Below, piece after piece: positions 9,519 through 19,556 of a stretch of 64,000 bases of DNA. A program made the translations under genes and the position numbers. Source of the stretch: Candidatus Sulfomarinibacteraceae bacterium (GTDB lineage Bacteria; Acidobacteriota; Thermoanaerobaculia; Thermoanaerobaculales; Sulfomarinibacteraceae); the NCBI GenBank assembly GCA_963796455.1, contig CAWCLO010000004.1:448001-512000 (forward strand), in the 5' to 3' direction. The notes under the pieces were generated by a model, which saw only the letters and a program-made list of their open reading frames with translations, ran no database searches and was not told the origin of the DNA. Numbering within the stretch: position 1 is the first letter of the stretch; every line of letters starts with the position of its first letter.

Positions 9519-10127
9519 ATCGACGGGCGTTTCCTTCTGATCTCGACCGATGACGGAGGCCGGACCTGGAGCGAACTGCCGTGGTCTTCCAGACCTGAAG
9601 CGATCAAGGGTGAGGCAAACTTTGCCGCATCGGGGACCTGTCTGACGGTGCACGGTGAGAATGCGGTCTTCTTTGGTACCGGCGGTCCCGCGGCGAGGGT
9701 TTTTCGTTCGGGAGATGGCGGAGCCTCATGGGACGTCAGCCCGACCCCGGTGCGTTCCGGCGAGCCGTCGCAGGGAGTGTTTTCAGTGCATCTTCTGGAC
9801 GAAGCAAGGGGTGTCGTCGTCGGTGGTGACTATCGGGACGAACCGAATCCCGCCTCGACCGCCGCTGTCACGACGGATGGGGGAGTGACCTGGAAGCCCG
9901 CCTCGAGCCCTCCGTCAGGATTCCGTGAGTGTGTCGTTCCACTGTCAGGAAGCTATTCCGACCATTTGATGGCGGTTGGGCCGGCCGGGACAGATGTGTC
10001 CTTTGATGGAGGATCCACTTGGGAACGGGTCGGTGAGGGACAATTGCACGCCGTTGGATTCAGCCGCGACGGTACAACCGGGATCGCAGTTGGTGTCGAC
10101 GGACTGATCTGTCGCTGGCGTCATTGA
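9519..10127 (+). pseudogene. 5'-truncated BNR/Asp-box (YCF48-like) beta-propeller protein
   Basis: Frame reads IDGRFLLISTDDGGRTW...EANFAASGTC... from 9519, with Asp-boxes (S/T-x-DGG-x-S/T-W); in-frame TGA at 9513; N-terminal half and signal peptide absent. Confidence 0.65.
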
Positions 10128-10139
10128 CGATGCGAAAAC

Positions 10140-10159
10140 CACCCGCCACATGGCGGGTG
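10140..10159. terminator. GC-rich hairpin between convergent genes, possible terminator
   Basis: cacccgcc-ACAT-ggcgggtg, an 8-bp stem. Confidence 0.45.
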
Positions 10160-10225
10160 ATATCTATCACGGACGGATTGCCCGAAACCACGAGGGAGGA
10201 TTTCACTTCCTCCTCGGAGGAGCTC

Positions 10226-10330
10226 TCATGCCGTCTTGGCAGCCTTTTTGGCGGCCTTCGCCTTTTTCTTCTCCTTGGTGGAGAGTTTGGGTTTGTTGGA
10301 CTTTTCTTTCTTGACTTGACCCTTGGCCAT
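10226..10330 (-). CDS. 34-aa lysine-rich small protein (MAKGQVKKEKSNKPKLSTKEKKKAKAAKKAAKTA)
   Basis: Strong SD (AAAGGAGG) 8 nt before the ATG; below the ORF-track length cutoff. Confidence 0.75.
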   Translation of the reverse strand: MAKGQVKKEKSNKPKLSTKEKKKAKAAKKAAKTA

Positions 10331-10491
10331 GATTACAGCCTCCTTTGCCGGCGATCGATTGATTTTTGTGAGAAATCGACGAATGCCTGTGACCCGTACT
10401 GTACACCGTCGAGCCGCCGAATGGGTGGAAGCGGCCGCAGTACACTGGGCTGGTACTCGAGTCCGGTCTATTCAGTTGAAGGGATTTCATC

Positions 10492-11025
10492 ATGAAATTG
10501 AATTCGATGGCAGGGTCCGTCGCGCTCGCTGCCGCCACGTTTGTCGCGTTTTCGGCGTCCGCCGAATCGTCATTGCCCGCCGTAGGATCCGCAGCACCAC
10601 CAATAGAATTGACTGCGGGAGATGGAAGCAGCCGATCGCTGGCGTCCATCGATGGTCCCAGGATATTGATCTTCTATCGGGGTCTCTGGTGACCATTCTG
10701 TCGTGGTCAGCTCGGTGAGCTGCAGAAAAACCTGACGGCGTTTGCAGAAGTCGATGCGGAAATCTGGGCGATCAGTCCGGATCCGGCAGAAAAACTCGCG
10801 GAGTATGCGGCGAAAGAGGGAATTGATTTCGCGCTGCTGACGGACTCGGATCTCACTGTCATCAAAGGCTGGGGACTGATCAATGCCTCGAACTCCAAGG
10901 TCCCGCATCCGACCGCGGTCATTGTGGATTCAGATGGCGTCATCCGCTATTTCCGACAGGATGTGGACTATAAGCAGCGACCGTCGGTTGACGAACTTCT
11001 GGAGGCGCTCGCCAATCTCGACTAG
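10492..11025 (+). CDS. Selenocysteine-containing peroxiredoxin-like (AhpC/TSA, thioredoxin-fold) protein, 177 aa
   Basis: IFYRGLW-TGA(10690)-PFCRGQL gives UxxC; the frame continues through AISPD, LLTDSD, PHPTAVIVDSDGVIRY to TAG at 11025. Confidence 0.9.
10696..10727 (+). promoter_or_regulatory. Putative bacterial SECIS hairpin
   Basis: TTCTG...CAGCTC-GGT-GAGCTG-CAGAA; G-containing apical loop begins 22 nt after the UGA. Confidence 0.7.
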
Positions 11026-11735
11026 CTTTCGTTTTGAGCGAAATCGAGGTAGGCGCAGATCGCATAGATATAGACGATAACGCCCGTCATTTCGGCGGTT
11101 TCTTCGAGGATTATCGAGACATCAGTCAGTACACCGCCACCATAGGAGTCGTAGAAATAACCACCGAACATTTCGATGACGATGGCTCCGAGGATGTAGG
11201 TGCATGCCGCGATCATGACCAACCGAAATGTCCTTTGGGGAAGACGGCGTAGAAAAGGCGTGAAGGCCAGGCCGAGCACGAGGACGATCGCGATGCCCGG
11301 AATCACCCAGGTCCAATAAAGAAGCCCTCCCGCGTCAAAAGCTTCTCTGAGCGGTTCGGTCGAACGCTCATGTATGGCGAGGATTTCATCCATCGCCATA
11401 TAAAGGAAAATAACAGTCAACGCCAACCAGGCGCGCTGGAAGGGGCGTTGTTTCCGGACCGAAAAACGCCACGCGTGGAAATTTACAAAGGATGCCCCGA
11501 CAAGCAGCAGCGAGTTGTAAAAGGCCGGGAAGTTGAACTCACCATTGTGATCGAAAAACAGCAGGAATGAGACGATTGCCGACTCACGATTGATACCTAA
11601 GAAAAGCAGCCCGCCATGGAGCAGGTTGATTGCTGCGAGCACGACCACCGGAATCGCTAACGCAATAACAAGGGTACGACCCGAAACGGTAAAGAGCCGT
11701 TCAAAATACGAATCGTTGGTATCAGCTGCAATCAC
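11022..11735 (-). CDS. Multi-pass membrane protein
   Basis: About 6 hydrophobic helices; E.N.P..Y, DE...IHE and EE..EM.G motifs of a common uncharacterised family. Confidence 0.75.
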   Translation of the reverse strand: MIAADTNDSYFERLFTVSGRTLVIALAIPVVVLAAINLLHGGLLFLGINRESAIVSFLLFFDHNGEFNFPAFYNSLLLVGASFVNFHAWRFSVRKQRPFQRAWLALTVIFLYMAMDEILAIHERSTEPLREAFDAGGLLYWTWVIPGIAIVLVLGLAFTPFLRRLPQRTFRLVMIAACTYILGAIVIEMFGGYFYDSYGGGVLTDVSIILEETAEMTGVIVYIYAICAYLDFAQNES

Positions 11736-11822
11736 AAATGCCCCCCAAAAGAATCACAAGAATCAAATGTACATCAATACATGATTCAAACGGCAATCAT
11801 CCGGAACAATCAGGCCGCAGGG

Positions 11823-12653
11823 TTAAGAATCGTTTTTTGTCGAAATCGAGGCAATTTCTTCTTCGAGCTCCTCGCAGCGCTCCAGGGCTTTCTCGATCTC
11901 GCGCTCGAGAAAAATCGCTCGCTCGACCTTCGCCGAAAATATAGGTCCCATCAAAGAGTGGTAAAGACCTTCGTGGAGGCCCACGATGAACTCCACGAGC
12001 TGGCGGGCATGTCGATTCGAGCGCCGACTGAGGCTGTCTGGCCGGATCTCATAGTGGATCAGGGACTCTGCGATGACACGGGTTGTCCAGCCCGCCGCCA
12101 CGATCGAGATCCAATGCTCCCAGTCCTCATAGCCGCCCAGTTCGGCGTTATAGGAATTGACTGATTCGGACGCGGACCGGCGGAAGGTCGATGCCGATTG
12201 AATCTGGTTGGTGGCCAGGATGTCTTCGAGGCCGAATTCCTCCGGCCGCCATTCTCCCTGGCGTTGCCCCTCAAAGCGAACCCACGCTGAGACGATTCCG
12301 ACCGCCGGGTCGGAATCAAACTTCGTTTTTGCCAACTCGAGATAGCGTGGTTCCACCCAGTCATCACCATCCAGGCACAGAACGTAGGGACCGTTCGTCA
12401 GTGCCAGACCGACATTTCGGGCATTCCCTACACCACGTTGTTCGGCGAGCCTTTCAATTCTGACGTGCGGCTCGAGTTCCTTCAATGATTGGAGGGTTTC
12501 CGCATCCTGCGAGGCATCGTCGACCACGACCAGGTCGATTCCTGGGAGAGTCTGATTCTTGATGCTCTCGACCGCGCGTTCCACCCTGTTCCCGACCCCA
12601 AACGACGTGATCACCGCGCTGAAGTCTGAATCCGGTGACACGAGCGACCTCAC
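11823..12653 (-). CDS. Glycosyltransferase family 2
   Basis: VVVDDASQD, G...ARN.G, LDGDD, YEDWEHW. Confidence 0.9.
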   Translation of the reverse strand: MRSLVSPDSDFSAVITSFGVGNRVERAVESIKNQTLPGIDLVVVDDASQDAETLQSLKELEPHVRIERLAEQRGVGNARNVGLALTNGPYVLCLDGDDWVEPRYLELAKTKFDSDPAVGIVSAWVRFEGQRQGEWRPEEFGLEDILATNQIQSASTFRRSASESVNSYNAELGGYEDWEHWISIVAAGWTTRVIAESLIHYEIRPDSLSRRSNRHARQLVEFIVGLHEGLYHSLMGPIFSAKVERAIFLEREIEKALERCEELEEEIASISTKNDS

Positions 12654-12710
12654 TTTCTTTCGGTCTCTTCCATGATGGAATTGAAGGCGGTGACGACAGC
12701 GCCTGGTAGC

Positions 12711-13253
12711 TCAGCCTTCCTTCAAGTGCGAGTCATCCATCTTGAAATAGCTCATCTCCTGGGCGGTGGATTTCACGAAAACATATTGTGGTCGGGTCTC
12801 GAAGCTGAAAATCGGTTGAACTGTCGGGAGGGTCCCGTAGATTTCGTTCAGCGTGCTCTCTGTCGGCATCGCGACGTTTTCGATCCTCCAGTTGGTGATC
12901 CGGTGGTTGCGGGTCATCATGACGAAGCACTCCCGGGTACTGGGCAGTGGGGCTTCGTTGATCAGCCAACGAACGCAACGTTCGAATTCGTCCGCGATCA
13001 GATCCCTGGTCAGGCTCCCGCCGACCGAATCGCTGACGTCTCCGAGGATCTTCGAAACACTCTCGATCATGGATTGAAACGAGGGAGTTTTGGGGCCCAT
13101 GGGAGAACCGATGGTCAGGTTCGAGCTCGAAACCTCACTTCCGATCGTGGCCTTCTCGAGAAATTTCTCCGCCAACTGACGCTGTTTCTCCGGCGAGAAT
13201 CGTTTCATCGAGTGGCCAAAGAAGTTCTTTTTCGGCGGTCGGTAGTAGTACAT
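12711..13253 (-). CDS. Hypothetical protein
   Basis: 180-aa ORF filling the gap, co-directional with the GT2 gene; no motif recognised. Confidence 0.6.
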   Translation of the reverse strand: MYYYRPPKKNFFGHSMKRFSPEKQRQLAEKFLEKATIGSEVSSSNLTIGSPMGPKTPSFQSMIESVSKILGDVSDSVGGSLTRDLIADEFERCVRWLINEAPLPSTRECFVMMTRNHRITNWRIENVAMPTESTLNEIYGTLPTVQPIFSFETRPQYVFVKSTAQEMSYFKMDDSHLKEG

Positions 13254-13680
13254 CGGGCCCCCGTTTTCTCGTGAGCGACCCTACCATCATAGCCCTGGTT
13301 GTCAGGCAGGTCTGCGGGGCTTTCCGATTTTCAAGGGAGGCGTAGAATTGTGTCTACAAAGGCTGTCACAAATGACCGATTCTCGCGAAGACTCGTCTCA
13401 AAAACCACAACATCGTTCAGACGTAGGGCGGAGCAAAAGAGTTCTCCTATCCTGGGACGGAGCGGTACGGATGGTCGGCGATCGGTTCTTCATATGGGAC
13501 ATGGCCCTGCTGTGGTGGATCTCGTGATGGTTGGCGAGCCGGGTCTGTCCGAGGCGTTGAAAACGATGTGAACGAATTCTCGGCGGTGTATCCCGAAGCG
13601 ACTCGACCATTTGTCTCCCGCGCTTGGTCGAGTTATCAATCTCTGGGATCGACGCTGGAATCTCAGTCCAAGGGGGAACG

Positions 13681-15954
13681 ATGAATATTCGGTCTATGAT
13701 TTTCCGTTGTATTTGTGGGGCGGTCATGTGCGGGTGGACTACGGTTGCGATGGGGGAGGAACCCGACGAAGTGACCACAGCAAATTGGGAGCTCGCGTCC
13801 CGGTGGAGCCCCGACAAAATCATGGGCCGGGTCTTCAGCCGCGACGTGCAACCTCATTGGATCAAAAACAGCGACCGATTTTGGTACCGGTTCGAGACCT
13901 CCACAGGGATTCGGTACTGGCTTGTCGATCCGGCGGCTGCGACCAGGGAGCCGCTTTTCGATCACGATCGACTGGCTTTGATGCTCGGTGAGGCCACCGG
14001 CACCGACCAGGATACAAACCGTCTGGACCTTCTGGACCTTGAGTTTGATTCCGAGCTTTCGGGGCTGCGATTCACCCAGGGTGAACAGCGATTCGAATAC
14101 CGGCCGGAGGATCATTCGCTGAGTTCGATCGAGCTGGAACCACCAGCCCCCGAGTGGTGCAGCGTTTCGCCGGATGGATCCACTTGCGTCTTTGCTCGCG
14201 GTCAAAACCTCTACGCGCTTCCATTGATTCCAGCCGGGGCGGAGGAAGTGCAGTTAACAGACGACGGCGTGCGTGGTTGGTCGTGGGGAGATCCCTGGGA
14301 GCTGATTGAGGAAGAGAATCAGGCTCCTCGGAAAGTCCCGGTCGTGTGGTCGCCTGATTCGGATTTTATCGCCATGCAACGAGCGGATTCTCGAGCCGTT
14401 GCTGAGTTGTGGAACGTGGATCATCTTGCCGGCCCGCGGCCGACGCTCCAGACCTTCAAATATCCGATGCCGGGTGAAGATGTACCTCAGTGGCAGGTGT
14501 GGGTGATCAATGTTTCGCGAACGACCGCTTTGCAGGTCGATACAGCCCGTTGGCCGGACCAGACGATGGAGGAGTTTTTTGTCCGCCCTCTTTGGTGGAG
14601 CAACGATTCGAGCTCCCTCTTTTTCTTCCGGCGTTCGCGGGACTACCAAAAACTGGATCTCTGCGCCGTCGACCCCAAGACTGGGAAGAGCCGCGTCCTG
14701 GTCGAGGAACGGCTCGACGGCATGGTCTACACGCGACCCTGGTTCGAGCTGTCAGACGGTCGTTTTTTATGGTGGTCGATTCGCGACGGATGGGGTCACT
14801 ACGGTATCTACAGCGCCGACGGATCGTTGGAGAGAGCTCTCACCCGGGGTGCTTTCAATATCGAGGAAGTGGCCGGTGTCGACGAGGCCGAAGGCTTCGT
14901 TTTTCTGGCAGCGAATGGTCGCGAAAAGGACTGCAACCCCTACTACCACCACCTCTACCGGGTTGGATTCGATGGTGCGGAGCCAAGACTACTAACCCCT
15001 GAGAATGCCGATCACAGCGTGGTCATGGCTCCTTCCAGCTCCTACTTCGTGGATCGGATCTCGAGGGTGGACCAGCCGACCCGGTCTGTCGTCAGGAATG
15101 CGGACGGCGAGCATGTGCTCGAACTCGAAACCGCGGATCTGAGCGCCCTGGAGGGTGCAGGGTGGCAACCGCCGGAAATCTTCAACGTCAGCTCAGCCGA
15201 CGGGACCACGGAGCAGTGGGGTGTCATGTGGAAACCCTTCGACTTCGATCCTCAAAAAAGATACCCGATCGTCACAAAGGTCTATCCGGGGAGGATGGAC
15301 GAATATATTCCAAAACGGTTCCAACCCATCGACACCGAGACTGCGCTCTCCCAACTGGGCTCCATCGTCGTTCGTTTTGGCAATCGGGGTGGATCCAGAT
15401 TTCGAGGTCTGGCCTATCGTGAGTTTGCTCGCGATCAATTCAGGGACTACGGTCTTGCCGACAAGAGGGCCGTGATCGAAGAGCTCGCTGGCCGGTTTGA
15501 TTTCATAGACGGAAGCCGGGTTGGAATCTACGGCGGCTCCTCAGGTGGTTTCATGACTGTATCGGCGATGCTGGTTCATCCGGACTTTTTCAAGGTCGGT
15601 GTCGCCATGAACGGCCCCCACGACCCGTCGATCCAATCGGTGGAATGGGTCGAACGCTATGCCGGCGTCGAACGGGTCCAGCGAGAAAACGGCTCGGCGC
15701 GGTGGCAACCGGCCGAGGTCTCTTCAAATCTCGAAATCGCCGATCAGCTCGAAGGCCGGCTCCTGTTGCTCCACGGGACTCAGGACGAGATCGTGCCCTT
15801 GGCCCAGCATTTTCGAATGATTGATGCCTTCGTCAGAGCCGACAAGAGGGTGGATCAGTTCATCATCCCCGGCGCTGCACACGGTTTGCCGTGGCGGTAT
15901 ACCTATCGTCTGGTGTGGGGCTACTTTGCAGAACACCTCATCGAACAGGAATAG
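13681..15954 (+). CDS. S9B dipeptidyl-peptidase IV-like protein
   Basis: DPPIV N-terminal propeller; GIYGGSSGG nucleophile, HGTQDE, PGAAHG; signal peptide. Confidence 0.92.
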   Translation: MNIRSMIFRCICGAVMCGWTTVAMGEEPDEVTTANWELASRWSPDKIMGRVFSRDVQPHWIKNSDRFWYRFETSTGIRYWLVDPAAATREPLFDHDRLALMLGEATGTDQDTNRLDLLDLEFDSELSGLRFTQGEQRFEYRPEDHSLSSIELEPPAPEWCSVSPDGSTCVFARGQNLYALPLIPAGAEEVQLTDDGVRGWSWGDPWELIEEENQAPRKVPVVWSPDSDFIAMQRADSRAVAELWNVDHLAGPRPTLQTFKYPMPGEDVPQWQVWVINVSRTTALQVDTARWPDQTMEEFFVRPLWWSNDSSSLFFFRRSRDYQKLDLCAVDPKTGKSRVLVEERLDGMVYTRPWFELSDGRFLWWSIRDGWGHYGIYSADGSLERALTRGAFNIEEVAGVDEAEGFVFLAANGREKDCNPYYHHLYRVGFDGAEPRLLTPENADHSVVMAPSSSYFVDRISRVDQPTRSVVRNADGEHVLELETADLSALEGAGWQPPEIFNVSSADGTTEQWGVMWKPFDFDPQKRYPIVTKVYPGRMDEYIPKRFQPIDTETALSQLGSIVVRFGNRGGSRFRGLAYREFARDQFRDYGLADKRAVIEELAGRFDFIDGSRVGIYGGSSGGFMTVSAMLVHPDFFKVGVAMNGPHDPSIQSVEWVERYAGVERVQRENGSARWQPAEVSSNLEIADQLEGRLLLLHGTQDEIVPLAQHFRMIDAFVRADKRVDQFIIPGAAHGLPWRYTYRLVWGYFAEHLIEQE

Positions 15955-16020
15955 AAACAGGGCGCGCATCCGGTTTCGCTCCGCCTCCGCCCCTCCGTTT
16001 TAAAGTGGTATGGGGGGTCG

Positions 16021-16297
16021 ATGTCTCTACAAAAAACCCTTGTCGTGCTCATTTCCATTTTTGCCCTCAACACACCCGTTTTCGCGGCGGCCCCAATGAA
16101 CGGCCGATGTGTCGAGCTGGAGACACGGAGCGGAGACGGTCACCTATCTCGTCGGAGTCTGGGTTTCGGACCAGAAAAGCAAGACGGGCCGGAGAATGGT
16201 CAAATACGAGTGGGAGGGAGCGATCGAGGGTGAGTTCTTTCGCTTCAATTGTTCGACCATCAAAAAGGACTACGAAGGCGACTATCCGATGGACTAG
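16021..16297 (+). pseudogene. Small secreted hypothetical protein, apparently frameshifted near 16105
   Basis: Signal peptide lies in the 16021 frame; a protein-like C-terminal part lies in the 16109 frame. Confidence 0.35.
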
Positions 16298-16332
16298 ACA
16301 TCGGATTGAGGTCTGCGCGTGAGGGGCCGTGG

Positions 16333-17259
16333 ATGGCCGCCGCCCATTCTGTTTGGTTTCGCGCAATAACCGCGCCTCGCTCGACAGCTAAGGACAACCT
16401 GACTACCATCGCCCTTGTGGAAATCTATATTGCCTGTTTTGCCGGTCTGTTGAGTTCGCTGCTCCTGGGTGTGGTGTACCTCGCCGACCGCTACGAGCGA
16501 GAGCCGATCGATCTGATTCAGAATTTCTTTTTGTCCGGGTTGCTGGCCCAGCTCGTTTTGATCCTTGGCGCATCCGCTGTCCGTGGAAACCATTCATGGT
16601 CGGGGCCGTGGATTCTGCTGACCATGGTGTGCGCAGCTCTTTATCTGCCCTTTCAACTTCATCGACTGCGCGAGGTGGACGAGCGATTCGACGGGATTGT
16701 CTACTCGGTGGCCGTGGTGGGTGGGGCCACCTGTGTGATTCACCTCAACAATCTGCCGCGGGTGATTGCGGCATCACCATTTCGTGAATCGCTGGCATCC
16801 GGTGCCGAGCCCGATCTTCGAGATCTGCTGATTGTCGCCACCTCTCCCGGTTTCACTGCGGAGCTCGGACAGGGCATGGTCCTTATCATTGCGGCGGTCC
16901 TGATCGGCGGGGTTCTTGGAACCCTCCAGATTCGGGGATCATCGCCGCAACGAACCGCTTTCTTCTGTGCAGTGGTTGCGGTTGGCGTCGTCGGTCTCGA
17001 TCTGGTCGCAGGCGGGATGTGGCCGGTGCGAGGGGCGCTGGCGATCGCGGGAGTCGGAGTCGCATTGGCGGTGAAACGGCGGTCGGTCTTCAAGGACAGA
17101 CCCGAAGCGCCCGAAGGTGATGTCCTCATCATGGGCCTCAAGACCGTCTTGATCGTCTTTGGAGCGGCCCTGTTGGCCATGGTTCTGCTTCAGGTCGTTG
17201 TGGAACAACCGTCTTCCGCCGATCCCGGCAGCCGCCCGTCGCAATCGGCAGCGTCTTGA
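16333..17259 (+). CDS. PrsW-like membrane protein (degenerate); start uncertain
   Basis: YLADRYEREP and DERFDGIVYS are PrsW hallmarks; the EExxK motif is not visible. Confidence 0.65.
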   Translation: MAAAHSVWFRAITAPRSTAKDNLTTIALVEIYIACFAGLLSSLLLGVVYLADRYEREPIDLIQNFFLSGLLAQLVLILGASAVRGNHSWSGPWILLTMVCAALYLPFQLHRLREVDERFDGIVYSVAVVGGATCVIHLNNLPRVIAASPFRESLASGAEPDLRDLLIVATSPGFTAELGQGMVLIIAAVLIGGVLGTLQIRGSSPQRTAFFCAVVAVGVVGLDLVAGGMWPVRGALAIAGVGVALAVKRRSVFKDRPEAPEGDVLIMGLKTVLIVFGAALLAMVLLQVVVEQPSSADPGSRPSQSAAS

Positions 17260-18503
17260 AAACCTTTTTCCATCTCGCCGTCATTTTTTTGGCCTTTGCA
17301 GCTCTCGGTGCATGGGCTGAGGATCGCGAATGGGAAAACCCGGTCTACGACACCGTCGAGGAGGCGGTCGCAGCGGCCCGGAGTAATGTCTCGATTGTCG
17401 ATCGAGACAGCCCGGCCGCGCTTCGTTTCTTTCTCGATTTCACCCTGGGTGAAGGGGAGGGAGTTTTTCGCCATCCGTCGTCGTCGATGACCCGGGAAAC
17501 GGTCGGAGTGTTTCTCGTCTCCCACCCGACTTCTTTCGTCCGGAACAAACCTCAGCGACAGACCGTCGAGAGATTTATCGACGAGGTGCCCCGTCAGCGT
17601 GAGGTGCTCGAGAAACGGCTGATCCGATTCGGTTTTCCCGAGACTCCGGGGTTGGTCTACCTCCGACTGGTCGAGAGCGTGGATGCCTTTTCAGATCTGT
17701 CGGGAGCGTCGAGCGATAAGATGACCCGGGTCGGTGGAGTGACCTATTACTGCCGATACATCGTGCTCCCGCTTTCGTACGTCGGTGAGCAGAGCGTGGA
17801 CGAACTCCGCCGCTCGGCCGCCCTCAACCCCTCGATCGACGTCGAAGACACCATCCGGCGGTGGCAGCGTGAGTCCTTTGCCAATCTGACGAACACATTC
17901 CGCCACGAACTGGTCCACGTGCGAACCAACTCGACCCTTGATGTGCCGGTCTATTCCGATCGTATGGCGTATCCGTCCTGGTTTCACGAGGGGACCGCGA
18001 CCTATCTCGCGGCGGATCCGTCTTCCGGTCTCAGCAAGGGCTACCAGGAGTTTCAGAGGCTTTTCTTCTTTCTGGCACAGCGCCATGGAATCGAGAAACT
18101 TCAGGACTTCTACGCAGGTGTTTTCAGTGGCAATGATGTGAACACCGCCCTCGCCGAGGTCTACTCCATCGCCGGCTCCGACGAACTCTTCAAGCGGAGC
18201 TCCCGCTGGTACCGCTTCAAAGAAATCACCAAGACCTTGCTCTGGATTGCGGCGATCGCGATCGTCATCGGCGCATTCCGTGGTGGCGAGCGACCGTACA
18301 TCGGCGCTCTCCAGCTTTTGATCGGCGCGGCCCTTGGTCTTGCAGTTGCCACCGGGCTTGCGGAACATCTCTATGGACTGCGAGGTCCAGCGATCGTCCT
18401 GACCGTCAAAGTCGCTGTCGGTCTTGTCGCCGTCATTATTGGCAGCGCCGGGATTCGGAGAATCCTGCGGGCGGTTTCGGCGAATCCGCCTCCGGCTTCC
18501 TGA
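17256..18503 (+). CDS. Membrane-anchored gluzincin-like metallopeptidase
   Basis: RHELVH plus PSWFHEGTATY; signal peptide; 3 C-terminal TM helices; TTGA overlap with the upstream gene. Confidence 0.75.
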   Translation: MKTFFHLAVIFLAFAALGAWAEDREWENPVYDTVEEAVAAARSNVSIVDRDSPAALRFFLDFTLGEGEGVFRHPSSSMTRETVGVFLVSHPTSFVRNKPQRQTVERFIDEVPRQREVLEKRLIRFGFPETPGLVYLRLVESVDAFSDLSGASSDKMTRVGGVTYYCRYIVLPLSYVGEQSVDELRRSAALNPSIDVEDTIRRWQRESFANLTNTFRHELVHVRTNSTLDVPVYSDRMAYPSWFHEGTATYLAADPSSGLSKGYQEFQRLFFFLAQRHGIEKLQDFYAGVFSGNDVNTALAEVYSIAGSDELFKRSSRWYRFKEITKTLLWIAAIAIVIGAFRGGERPYIGALQLLIGAALGLAVATGLAEHLYGLRGPAIVLTVKVAVGLVAVIIGSAGIRRILRAVSANPPPAS

Positions 18504-18724
18504 ACCGAAACACTCACCGATCGGTCTTGCTGCGGATCGATGAGCTGAAAACGATCGACGGGTGATCGTCTTCGGGCTCATTCAGCTGCAACGGGTGAAG
18601 CCATCTTCTCAATTTTCCTGTGCGGTCGCGGCGGTGCTCGTTTATGATTGGGCGCGTTGGAACTGGGTGTTGCCGGATCGTGTCCCCGGTGAAATCTCCC
18701 AACCCAGGAAAAGCGAGGTTCAGG

Positions 18725-19540
18725 ATGAAATCGACGATCTGGAATCGGGCCGGTTTCGCACTCGGCGCCATCGTTCTCCTCTGCTCACCCATCGCCTACG
18801 CCAAGGCCTCCGGCAACTCCCTTGAAGTGGTCTCAATCCATGCCGGGGGCGACTCCAAAACGGAGGTGTCGTCGAGGGGCGGGCTGAGCACCATCGTGCT
18901 CTTCAAGGATTCGACGATTCTTTTTGACACCGGCGCAGAAGGCGAAAAACTCCTGCGCAATATGGAGGTGTCCGGGATCGACGCAAAGAACATCGATGCG
19001 ATTGTGATTTCCCACAACCAGTGGGATCGCCTCGACGGTCTCTCCGATGTGCTGGGCGCAGCCGACATGGTTCCGAAGGTCTATGTTCCTGCTCCCGGGA
19101 GGGAGGAGATCCTGCGGGAGAATCCGCAAGCAGATGTGATCGCGGTCGAGAAGGCGGTCGGAATCCTCCCGGATACCTGGTTGCTCGGTCCATTGAAGGT
19201 TGACGCCGATGACACAAACGCGGCAGCGCAGGTGCTGGTGCTCGATTCCAGGGATGGACTGGTCGTCATTGTCGGGTGCTCATACCCAGGCGTCATCTCG
19301 ATAGTCGAACAGGTCAAAGAGATCATCGGACACCGCAAGATCCAACTGCTCGCGGGTGGATTTCATCTCCGTGGCATCAAGAGAAACGAAATCAAAGAGA
19401 TCTCCCTGCGTCTGCAGACGATGGGCGTCAAAAAACTGGCCTTGGGCGGCTGCACCAGCGAGCCCGCGATCAAGGTCTTTCGCCAGGAGTGGGGCGATCA
19501 AGTCGTTTTTCTGAATCTCGGGAATTCGGTCGGTTTTTAG
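18725..19540 (+). CDS. Exported MBL-fold protein with degenerate metal-binding motifs
   Basis: ILFDTG, IVISHNQWDRLDGL, VGCSYPG, GGFHL. Confidence 0.8.
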   Translation: MKSTIWNRAGFALGAIVLLCSPIAYAKASGNSLEVVSIHAGGDSKTEVSSRGGLSTIVLFKDSTILFDTGAEGEKLLRNMEVSGIDAKNIDAIVISHNQWDRLDGLSDVLGAADMVPKVYVPAPGREEILRENPQADVIAVEKAVGILPDTWLLGPLKVDADDTNAAAQVLVLDSRDGLVVIVGCSYPGVISIVEQVKEIIGHRKIQLLAGGFHLRGIKRNEIKEISLRLQTMGVKKLALGGCTSEPAIKVFRQEWGDQVVFLNLGNSVGF

Positions 19541-19556
19541 AACTCGCTGCTGACCG

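Noticed and set aside
16231..16233. TGA read-through joining 16021-16233 to the PrsW-like ORF (same frame)
   Set aside because: No redox motif or SECIS-like hairpin; the alternative frame looks more protein-like.
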